A stretch of 32,000 bases of DNA from Nostoc punctiforme PCC 73102 (lineage in GTDB: Bacteria > Cyanobacteriota > Cyanobacteriia > Cyanobacteriales > Nostocaceae), in the NCBI RefSeq assembly GCF_000020025.1, contig NC_010628.1:5070001-5102000 (forward strand), given 5' to 3'. Under the pieces are notes generated by a model. The model was not told the DNA's origin. It was given only the letters and a program-made list of their open reading frames with translations, and made no database searches. How positions within the stretch are numbered: position 1 is the first letter of the stretch; the number at the start of each line of letters is the position of its first letter. Shown here piece after piece: positions 1-7,623 of the stretch. A program made the position numbers and the translations under genes.

Positions 1-496
<496 letters not shown>

Positions 497-741
497 TTTG
501 TCATTAGTCATTTGTCCTACCCTGCGGGAAGCCGCTAGCGCGTCTATGTCCTTTGTTATTTACCAATGACCAATGACCAATACTTCGGCTTCTCCTAACG
601 GAGACGCTGCGCGTTAGCGGAGCTTTCGCTTTAGCGATACGCTCAGTACAAGTGACCAATGACCAATGACTAATACCCAATACCCAATGCCCAATTAGAA
701 TGGAGATAACTATAGCTTAATTATTTTCACTAATTTACTCT
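497..741. repeat. Composite intergenic repeat: STRR-like heptamer arrays flanking GC-rich SDR-like cores
   Basis: TTTGTCATTAGTCATTTGTCC at 497-517. CCAATGACCAATGACCAATA at 563-582. GTGACCAATGACCAATGACTAATACCCAATACCCAATGCCCAAT at about 653-696. The core 591-640 shares GAGACGCTGCGCGT with 17530-17543. Confidence 0.75.
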
Positions 742-1842
742 ATGTCAGTTTTAGCAGCGATCGCAGTCTTGGCTGTTTTGATCTTGGTACACGAGTTGGG
801 ACATTTTGTTGCAGCCCGTTCTCAAGGCATTCTCGTTAACCGTTTTTCTTTGGGTTTTGGCCCAGTTCTTTTGAAGTACCAAGGTTCACAAACCGAATAT
901 GCTGTCCGCGCTTTTCCCTTGGGCGGCTTTGTGGGGTTTCCCGATGATGACCCCGATAGCGATATTCCACCCAATGACCCAAATCTGCTGCGTAACCGTC
1001 CAGTTTTAGATCGGGCGATTGTCATCAGTGCTGGAGTGATTGCAAATTTAATATTTGCCTATTTGGTGCTGGTTCTGCAATTGGGTATCGTTGGTATTCC
1101 CAAAGAATTAAACTATCAAGCTGGTGTCATTGTACAGCCTGTTAATCAAGAATCTGTTGCCTATCAAGCAGGAATTCGGGAAGGAGATATTATTCTAGCT
1201 GTTAATGGTCAAGAACTCCCGGCTTCTGATAAATCAACTCCTTTGCTGACTAAAGAAATTCAAACTCATCCCAATCAGCAAATTGAACTGAAAATTCAGC
1301 GTGAAAAACAACAACAAACCCTGAAATTAACGCCAAAACTGGGAGCTGATGGCAAAGGTGTAGTTGGTGTGGCACTTAGTCCAAATGCTACCGCAGTTTA
1401 TCGCCGCCCGAATAGTCCTTTTGAAATTTTTGGTCTTGCTGCTAACAGGTTTCAACAATTATTTGTTGGTACACTGAGCGGTTTTGGGCAGTTGATTACC
1501 AATTTTCAACAAACTGCTGGACAAGTTTCTGGGCCAGTTAATATTGTCAAAATAGGTGCAAAATTAGCTGAAGATAATAGCGTAAATCTGTTGTCTTTTG
1601 CGGCAATTATCAGCATTAACTTGGCTATTATCAATATTTTGCCTTTGCCAGCTTTGGATGGCGGACAACTCGCTTTTTTGCTGATTGAAGGTTTACGCGG
1701 TAAGCCTGTACCGTCCCGGATTCAAGAAGGTGTAATGCAAACTGGCTTGGTGTTACTTTTAGGGTTAGGAATTTTTCTGATCGTCAAAGAAACTACTCAA
1801 TTAACTAGCCAATTGGAGTGGGTACAAAAATTATTCCAGTGA
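742..1842 (+). CDS. rseP: RIP metalloprotease RseP (M50 site-2 protease)
   Basis: 366-aa ORF with the HELGH zinc motif near the N-terminus, a PDZ-like middle region (GIREGDIILAVNG), a C-terminal NILPLPALDGG motif and hydrophobic termini. Confidence 0.9.
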   Translation: MSVLAAIAVLAVLILVHELGHFVAARSQGILVNRFSLGFGPVLLKYQGSQTEYAVRAFPLGGFVGFPDDDPDSDIPPNDPNLLRNRPVLDRAIVISAGVIANLIFAYLVLVLQLGIVGIPKELNYQAGVIVQPVNQESVAYQAGIREGDIILAVNGQELPASDKSTPLLTKEIQTHPNQQIELKIQREKQQQTLKLTPKLGADGKGVVGVALSPNATAVYRRPNSPFEIFGLAANRFQQLFVGTLSGFGQLITNFQQTAGQVSGPVNIVKIGAKLAEDNSVNLLSFAAIISINLAIINILPLPALDGGQLAFLLIEGLRGKPVPSRIQEGVMQTGLVLLLGLGIFLIVKETTQLTSQLEWVQKLFQ

Positions 1843-2507
1843 TTACTACCCGCAAATCGTTATCTAAAAAGAAGCGATCGCTAGAAATTTTAGCTCGTCT
1901 GAAGCGTCTTTATCCAGATGCTACTTGCTCTTTGAACTACTCAACGCCAGTACAATTGTTGGTGGCAACGATTCTCTCTGCTCAGTGTACTGATGAGCGG
2001 GTAAATAAGGTGACACCAGCTTTATTTGGTAAGTTTCCTGATGCTCAGAGTTTAGCGATCGCTGACTTAGTAGAATTAGAAAGTTTGGTGCGTTCCACAG
2101 GGTTTTATCGCAATAAAGCTAAAAACATTCAAGCCGCCTGTCGGATGATTGTTACTGAATTTAACTCTGTTGTCCCCAACCAAATGGAACAGTTGTTAAA
2201 GCTTCCTGGGGTGGCGCGCAAAACAGCAAATGTAGTTTTGGCTCATGCTTATGGCATTAATGCTGGCGTGACAGTAGATACTCACGTCAAGCGCCTGTGC
2301 CAACGTTTGGGTTTAACTGAAGCAAAAGACCCCGTTCGGATTGAGCAAGATTTAATGGGTTTATTGCCTCAGTCTGATTGGGAAAATTGGTCAATTCGGT
2401 TGATTTATCACGGTCGTGCTATTTGTAAAGCCCGCTCTCCCGTTTGTGTTGCGTGTGAGCTTGCTGATTTATGCCCTGTAGCCAATAAGCCAATGGTTGT
2501 AGGGTAA
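1818..2507 (+). CDS. nth: endonuclease III
   Basis: HhH motif LLKLPGVARKTANVVL and a C-terminal 4Fe-4S pattern C-x6-C-x2-C-x5-C (CKARSPVCVACELADLC). The start is uncertain: GTG 1818, or GTG 1839 forming a GTGA overlap with the rseP stop. Confidence 0.9.
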   Translation: MGTKIIPVITTRKSLSKKKRSLEILARLKRLYPDATCSLNYSTPVQLLVATILSAQCTDERVNKVTPALFGKFPDAQSLAIADLVELESLVRSTGFYRNKAKNIQAACRMIVTEFNSVVPNQMEQLLKLPGVARKTANVVLAHAYGINAGVTVDTHVKRLCQRLGLTEAKDPVRIEQDLMGLLPQSDWENWSIRLIYHGRAICKARSPVCVACELADLCPVANKPMVVG

Positions 2508-2583
2508 GCGACACAAGTAACGCCAGAATTGATGGAGAGAATGTAGAATGGAAAACGGTGTCTTTAAATAAGTTAGAGAATAT

Positions 2584-2886
2584 ATGGCTAAAAAGAGCAT
2601 GATTGAGCGCGAGAAAAAGCGCACCAGGTTGATAGAAAAGTATGCTGACAAGCGGGAAGCTCTCTTAGAAGAGTTCAGAAGTGCAGCATCTCCTTTGGAT
2701 AAGCTAGAAATCCACCGGAAAATTCAACAGCTACCCCGGAATAGTGCGCCCACCCGCCACCGCAATCGTTGCTGGTTGACTGGCCGTTCTAGAGGAGTTT
2801 ATCGCGATTTTGGACTCTCTCGGAACGTGCTACGAGAATGGGCGCATGAAGGTCTTTTGCCTGGAGTTGTTAAGTCTAGTTGGTAG
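2584..2886 (+). CDS. rpsN: 30S ribosomal protein S14
   Basis: 100 aa starting [13 protein letters not shown], with the S14 signature [21 protein letters not shown] and a C-terminal KSSW. Confidence 0.95.
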
Positions 2887-3047
2887 TTAAGAGTCATTAG
2901 TCATTAGTCATTGGTGAGCCAGTGCGGTCTTGGGGGTTTCCCCCATGAGCAGCTGGTGTTAGCGAAGCGGTAGCGACGCAGGAGCGTCACCCGAAGGGTC
3001 ATTGGTAAATAACAAAAGACTAATGACAAAGGACAAATGACAAAATA
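2887..3047. repeat. Inverted STRR arms around a GC-rich SDR-like core, between convergent genes
   Basis: Left arm GTCATTAGTCATTAGTCATTGGT, right arm ACTAATGACAAAGGACAAATGACAAA in opposite orientation. Core is GCCAGTGCGGTCTTGGGGGTTTCCCCCATGAGCAGCTGG... Confidence 0.7.
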
Positions 3048-3377
3048 TTATTGACCACAACACTTATCAATTCCCAGACTTTCTAAGAGTAGATCGCTGA
3101 CGGCGTTGGCGATCGCAAACTCTCCATAAAAGCTATTGGAAAAATCATAAGACTGCATCTCTGTGACAATGGCAATTACCAGAGAACCAAGGTCGTTTTC
3201 TCCTTCCATCCGTTGACGCACAAAAATCTGTGCGGCTCGTTGGGCAATATTTTGGTTTACTGCTTCGGGGATAAATTCTGTATCTAGCCACCGTTGTAAG
3301 CGCTCTCGTAACCATTCACCTTCGAGCAGTGGGTTTTCAGGTGGTGGTAGGGTAATGGGTGGAATTGGTTGAGTCAT
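3048..3377 (-). CDS. conserved hypothetical protein (109 aa), function not recognised
   Basis: Clean ORF with native-looking composition, divergent from aat. I could not assign a diagnostic motif. Confidence 0.65.
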   Translation of the reverse strand: MTQPIPPITLPPPENPLLEGEWLRERLQRWLDTEFIPEAVNQNIAQRAAQIFVRQRMEGENDLGSLVIAIVTEMQSYDFSNSFYGEFAIANAVSDLLLESLGIDKCCGQ

Positions 3378-3478
3378 CTTTTTTAAACACAGAGGGACGC
3401 GGAGGGAAACGCAGAGGAACGCTGAGGTTGACTGTTAACATCAAATTGCGTTTCTCTAGTGTTTTTTTATATTTATTT

Positions 3479-4054
3479 ATGCAATATGATATCGCCGCAA
3501 TTGTTGAGGGCTATGCACAAGGCTATTTTCTCATGGCTGATGAGCGCGATCGCCTGAGTTGGTACGGAAGTCGCGATCGAACTTTTATTCCTTTGGATGA
3601 ACGGTTTCGCTACCCCAAGTCTTTACAGCGTGTTCTCAATCAAGAACGGTTTACTGTGGCGATTAATCGGGACTTCCAAGCTGTGGTGGCTGGGTGTGCC
3701 GACAGAGAGACAACTTGGATTTCACCGGAATTGGAAAAGATTTACTGGCTACTTTACCAAAGTGGTTATGCTTTTAGTTTTGAAACTTGGCAGGGTGACG
3801 AATTAGCTGGAGGAATTTTAGGGATTGTGATTGGTGGGGCTTTCATTGGCGAATCGATGTTTTACCGCATTCCTGAAGGCTCTAAGGTAGCGATGGTTAA
3901 ATTGGTGGAAAGATTGCGTCAGAGGAAATTTGTGTTTTTCGATGCCCAAATGATGAATCCGCATTTGGAGAGGTTTGGCGCTTATCGGGTTAAGGATGAA
4001 GGATATCAAGTTTTACTTGAGCAAGCCTTGCAACGTGCTTGTAACTTAGTATAA
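3479..4054 (+). CDS. aat: leucyl/phenylalanyl-tRNA--protein transferase
   Basis: From ATG 3479 the translation [21 protein letters not shown]...[18 protein letters not shown]...[16 protein letters not shown] matches the L/F-transferase pattern. The ORF-track start at 3359 would overlap the divergent gene and adds non-protein-like sequence. Confidence 0.85.
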   Translation: MQYDIAAIVEGYAQGYFLMADERDRLSWYGSRDRTFIPLDERFRYPKSLQRVLNQERFTVAINRDFQAVVAGCADRETTWISPELEKIYWLLYQSGYAFSFETWQGDELAGGILGIVIGGAFIGESMFYRIPEGSKVAMVKLVERLRQRKFVFFDAQMMNPHLERFGAYRVKDEGYQVLLEQALQRACNLV

Positions 4055-4145
4055 AGAATGACAAGCTTATTAACATAGCTTTTCTATATTGTGTAAAAAT
4101 AATACTTGACTTAAATTGTCAGATTGCTATAAAAACAGACAAAAC

Positions 4146-4892
4146 ATGGCATTCCCACCAACAGATCAGAAATCAGCATATAACTTTGAAGCAGTCCGAA
4201 AACGTATTGCTACTCAAGCTCAAGACTATTTTGAACCTCAGTTAATAGAGATGGGGTTTGAAAAAACAAAAATAGAAGCTCAGTCTTTACAAGAGTTAAG
4301 ACAAAATCTTGATTCTATTAATGAGGCTATTAAACATCCGGAATCTTTTGGTACTCTAGGATTTTCTATAAGTGCAGCAACAGGTACAGTTTATATCACC
4401 CAATCTAAATCAGATGCACTATTTGAAATAGGTATTTTGCCTCTTCTTTTGGAAAGAAAAAAACTAATTTTAGAAAGGATTAGACTTCTTTCATCTAATG
4501 AGAAAATTAAAACCATACAAGATTTAATTAATCATGTAGAAGATGAAGAAATTAAGAGAAATCTTGAAAAAGAAGTAAAGGATTTAAAGAATGAATCTCA
4601 AGGCTTAAGAGAACAAACACGAGAAGTTGAACTAGAGCAAAATAATGAACGTACAAAAACACAAACAGAATTAGCAAGACTCAATGTAGAACTTTTTGAG
4701 AGGAAAACAAAGGTTTGGTTTTCTCTCTTAGAACGAGAATCTGCATCGACGATTATAGGCGGAATTTTACTACTTATAATTATTTTAGCTCAAGTAGGTT
4801 CTATTTTTACAAAAACTACAATTCCAGATATTTTCAATAATGCATTTCTGATAAAATTAGGTTACTTTTTTGGTCAATCTACTAATAAATAA
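4146..4892 (+). CDS. orphan hypothetical protein: long coiled-coil region plus C-terminal transmembrane helix
   Basis: The ORF is visibly AT-rich relative to its neighbours. ATG 4146 is preferred over TTG 4116. There is a K/E/L-rich heptad-like stretch (NHVEDEEIKRNLEKEVKDLKNESQGLREQTREVELEQNN) and a hydrophobic segment IIGGILLLIIILAQVGSIF. No HIP1 copies lie inside. Confidence 0.6.
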   Translation: MAFPPTDQKSAYNFEAVRKRIATQAQDYFEPQLIEMGFEKTKIEAQSLQELRQNLDSINEAIKHPESFGTLGFSISAATGTVYITQSKSDALFEIGILPLLLERKKLILERIRLLSSNEKIKTIQDLINHVEDEEIKRNLEKEVKDLKNESQGLREQTREVELEQNNERTKTQTELARLNVELFERKTKVWFSLLERESASTIIGGILLLIIILAQVGSIFTKTTIPDIFNNAFLIKLGYFFGQSTNK

Positions 4893-5229
4893 GCGTCAAT
4901 AAGAGCAGATGCTGACGAAAATCAAAAATGAGAAAGGTCTATAGCATTTTCTGACCTAGTGAGGTAGCTTTTTAAAGCTATTAACCTTGGTGAAAAAGAT
5001 TGTGGTGTTCCTCAGTTGCTTAGTGCGATCGCTGATATTGTAGGTTAGGTTGACGCTAGGAAACCCAACATCTTGTTTTACTCACAATTTTAACCACTTC
5101 CGCTATTACAGGTGATAGAGTGGTCAATATCCATTATTTAGCGATAATTTCGTTAAATTGCACAAGCACTTATGGGAAAATCACATCACACCAAAATATA
5201 GGCACTGTGATTTTTGGTTCACATAAAAC

Positions 5230-5631
5230 GTGATTAATTTAGATACTAATACCGCAGTTGCATTTATTGTCGAAGGTTCTCCTGTTCGCTATGAATTACA
5301 AGGGTTTGTCAACAAGCAAATGGTAATAGCACAAACTGCATTTAATGAATTCGTAAATATTGTGCAGTACTCAGCAGGTAGCCTAGAACAGACAAGAGCA
5401 AATCGTTTTTTGCAAAGAGTTACGGTTGTTCCAGACAATCCTTCAGCAGCAGCCTAAAAATTAAGACAGACTCGGAACCTGGATGCTAACGATATAATCA
5501 TTCTAGGAACAGGCAACCAAATGGGTATTGTAACTATGACAGCGGATGCGAAAGCTGTTCGCGCAGCCAGTGCTTAAGGGGTTGATTTTAATGTCTATCT
5601 TCATCTCCCCTTTTCATTAACAGGTAGCTGA
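5230..5631 (+). pseudogene. PIN-like nuclease (VapC-type toxin) gene interrupted by two in-frame TAA codons
   Basis: GTG 5230 gives MINLDTNTAVAFI... The same frame continues after TAA 5455-5457 as KLRQTRNLDANDIIILGTGNQMGIVTMTADAKAVRAASA, and after TAA 5575-5577 as GVDFNVYLH... up to TGA 5629-5631. An N-terminal LDTN and a distal T-x-D pattern are typical of PIN domains. Confidence 0.55.
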
Positions 5632-5676
5632 ATTATGTAGAAGATAATCCCAGCCCATTTAGCAAGTACTTATCAG

Positions 5677-5928
5677 TTGATTCAGTGTGGTTTTCCCCAA
5701 GGCATTGACGATCGGGGATATTTGCCTTTGCTGTCAATACTCTACACAAATATGTCTGATCGCAGTTTAGCTCAAGTGGTTGCTGAATATGCGGGAAAAG
5801 ATTACCATATTCTCCTAAATGATGTCTATCGAGTTGGGTCAATGACGAGTTTTTCAAATGAGGTCATTGATTCCGTCAAGCAAAAGCTGATAAGTTGCAA
5901 CTATGAAAAGTGGTTAGCAGATGAGTAA
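5677..5928 (+). CDS. DUF3349-like small helical protein (start problematic)
   Basis: LIQCGFPQGIDDRGYLPLLSILYTNMSDRSLAQVVAEY resembles the DUF3349 pattern (GYPEGIP..DY.PLLALL...LSD.EV). The frame is open from 5641. The only ATG (5635) is immediately followed by TAG (5638-5640), and TTG 5677 is the first usable start. Confidence 0.5.
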   Translation: MIQCGFPQGIDDRGYLPLLSILYTNMSDRSLAQVVAEYAGKDYHILLNDVYRVGSMTSFSNEVIDSVKQKLISCNYEKWLADE

Positions 5929-5970
5929 TGAAGCGATCGCTCCGTTTTCTTGATGCTCACAAAGTGGAGA

Positions 5971-6042
5971 AGTATCACGTTAAAGTTAGAAATGAGTATC
6001 ACGTTAAAGTTAGAAATGAGTATCACGTTAAAGTTAGAAATG
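5971..6042 (+). repeat. Three perfect tandem copies of a 24-bp unit AGTATCACGTTAAAGTTAGAAATG (iteron-like)
   Basis: Units at 5971-5994, 5995-6018 and 6019-6042 are identical. There are no spacers. The array ends 3 nt before a TATAAT box. Confidence 0.95.
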
Positions 6043-6045
6043 ATG

Positions 6046-6051
6046 TATAAT
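6046..6051 (+). promoter_or_regulatory. candidate -10 box (TATAAT) for the DUF433 gene
   Basis: A perfect TATAAT lies 52 nt upstream of ATG 6104. No good -35 is present; that position falls within iteron unit 3. Confidence 0.3.
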
Positions 6052-6103
6052 AAGCGTCTACCTTACATATACTGGGTTAAAGACTATCTCCGAGTGAAAC
6101 CCT

Positions 6104-6328
6104 ATGTCAGACTTACTTGGAAGAATTACAATTAATCCCAAACAGTGTGGTGGTCGTCCCTGTATCCGGGGCATGAGAATTCGGGTATCAGATGTACTCG
6201 ACTTGTTTGCGGCTGGACTGAGTGCCGAACAAATCCTAGAAGAAATGCCCGATTTGGAAGCGGATGATCTAAAAGCAGCACTTGTGTACGCTTCACGTAA
6301 GCTCAATCATCCCGTTTTGGTTGCATAA
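6104..6328 (+). CDS. DUF433 domain protein (antitoxin-like partner of DUF5615)
   Basis: 74 aa. ITINPKQCGGRPCIRGMRIRVSDVLDLFAAGLSAEQILEEMPDLEADDLKAAL is the classic DUF433 pattern. Confidence 0.85.
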   Translation: MSDLLGRITINPKQCGGRPCIRGMRIRVSDVLDLFAAGLSAEQILEEMPDLEADDLKAALVYASRKLNHPVLVA

Positions 6329-6664
6329 TAATCTGGGTAGATGCACATCTGTCACCTGCAATTGCAACTTGGATCACCATCACATTCGGCATAACAGCAT
6401 TAGCTTTGCGTGATCTTGGGTTGAGAGATGCCGAAGATCCTGAGATTTTCGAAGCAGCAAGGGCTACAGAAGTCATTCTCATGACCAAAGACAGTGACAA
6501 AGCTTGACTTAGTTGATCGTCTTGGAACACTGCCACAAATTATCTGGTTGACGTGTGGCAATACGTCAAATGACCGATTGAAAGAGATTCTGAATTCAAC
6601 ATTGCTAGAAGCATTAGAGCTTTTGCAATCTGGAGAAGCGTTAGTCGAAATCAGAGGAGATTAA
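6325..6664 (+). pseudogene. DUF5615 (PIN-like, Mut7-C type) gene, frameshifted and lacking a canonical start
   Basis: Frame 1 gives IIIWVDAHLSPAIATWITITFGITALALRDLGLRDAEDPEIFEAARATEVILMTKDSDKA then stop at 6505-6507. Frame 2 from 6500 gives KLDLVDRLGTLPQIIWLTCGNTSNDRLKEILNSTLLEALELLQSGEALVEIRGD then stop at 6662-6664. Together these match a full-length DUF5615 with a 1-nt shift near 6499. The frame opens at 6301 with no ATG, GTG or TTG before IIIW. Confidence 0.75.
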
Positions 6665-6748
6665 CAATGCAGGCTAACAAAAGCGATCGCAATTTAACAA
6701 ACCTACTGCACCGTAACGTAGTTTAAAGTTTCTTGGAGCTAAAAAATT

Positions 6749-7558
6749 TTACACCCTTTCTTCAGTAACTAATGTCAGACTAACCCATTCGCCTTTGTCG
6801 TTATAGCTGCGAATCATCCTCTGGCGCAGGTCTGACTGGATTAACCAACCCGCTTCCAGAAATAAGGGTTGACGTAATTGTACCTTTAGAGGAGAAGTTG
6901 CAGAAGCGCCATCAGGTAACAATAATACTTGTACCTGTTTTTCTGGATCTTGATCAAAGAGAACGATAGAACCTTTGATAGTAGCAGTTGAGGTAATTGT
7001 GCGTTCCCCAAAAGAAGTACTTTGCATTAATCGCCCAGCATCATCAAGTTGTATTTTCAAAGTTGTAGAGTAAATATCAGGCGGACGCAAATCTCGATAG
7101 ATTGTCACTGCTTGTCCTCGCCATTCTCCTAACAAGTCATTTATCTGCAAAAGGGGACGTTCTGCTACCGGGGTTCCAGCTAGATGTTCTCGAATGAGAG
7201 TTAGTCCATTTAGATGACCATTTCTATCAAACAGTTGTACCAGACGTAAGCGGCGATTTTCATGAACAAAAGCGAGTTCTCCACCAAATTCGGAAAATGG
7301 CCCTAGCTGGATTAAACCTTCAGAAAATGAACCATTTTCAAAAAATAGCAGACCCCCTCCCACAGACCTAAATTCTCTGATTACATCATCCTTTCCCGAA
7401 CGGCTCAGAGTTAGGCGTACTGTCTGGTTATTGTTCAAACCTTCTAGGCAAAGACGGCTAGAAGTATCGTTCAGAAGTGTACCTTCGGGAGAAAAATTGC
7501 TAAATGAACCTTCCCATACACCAAGATTTTGCAGAAAACATTCCCATTGTGATTTCAT
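6749..7558 (-). CDS. DUF3598-like cyanobacterial protein
   Basis: From ATG at 7558 the translation is MKSQWECFLQNLGVWEGSFSNFSPEGTL... The upstream MTNDKGQIF of the ORF track is translated STRR repeat. Confidence 0.7.
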   Translation of the reverse strand: MKSQWECFLQNLGVWEGSFSNFSPEGTLLNDTSSRLCLEGLNNNQTVRLTLSRSGKDDVIREFRSVGGGLLFFENGSFSEGLIQLGPFSEFGGELAFVHENRRLRLVQLFDRNGHLNGLTLIREHLAGTPVAERPLLQINDLLGEWRGQAVTIYRDLRPPDIYSTTLKIQLDDAGRLMQSTSFGERTITSTATIKGSIVLFDQDPEKQVQVLLLPDGASATSPLKVQLRQPLFLEAGWLIQSDLRQRMIRSYNDKGEWVSLTLVTEERV

Positions 7559-7623
7559 AAAGATTTGTCCTTTGTCATTTGTCATTGGTCATTTGTACAT
7601 AACCAATGCCCAACCCCTAACCC
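7559..7623. repeat. STRR-like heptamer array
   Basis: TTTGTCCTTTGTCATTTGTCATTGGTCATTTGT ... CCCAACCCCTAACCCCTAA. Confidence 0.65.

Noticed and set aside
3359-3478. N-terminal extension of aat as given in the ORF track (start 3359)
   Set aside because: It would overlap the start of the divergent gene at 3377. The extension translates to low-quality sequence ([20 protein letters not shown]). The conserved transferase sequence begins at ATG 3479.
5060-5233. Short open frame ending in a GTGA overlap with the PIN-like gene, considered as its antitoxin
   Set aside because: There is no ATG, the only GTG gives a 37-aa product with no antitoxin-like features, and the sequence looks non-coding.
5971-6042. 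Possible CRISPR array
   Set aside because: The repeats are directly adjacent with no spacers, there are only three units, and no cas genes are present. It is a tandem repeat, not a CRISPR.
5950-6135. 61-aa ORF with the repeated peptide ITLKLEMS
   Set aside because: It is simply the translation of the 3 x 24-bp tandem repeat. It overlaps the DUF433 promoter and start region and has no coding-like features.
6303-6536. 77-aa minus-strand ORF
   Set aside because: It is antisense to the clearly recognisable DUF5615 reading frames and is an artefact of the open antisense frame.
7559-7585. Upstream start (MTNDKGQIF) for the DUF3598-like gene
   Set aside because: These codons are STRR repeat DNA. 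The conserved protein begins at MKSQWECF (ATG at 7558).
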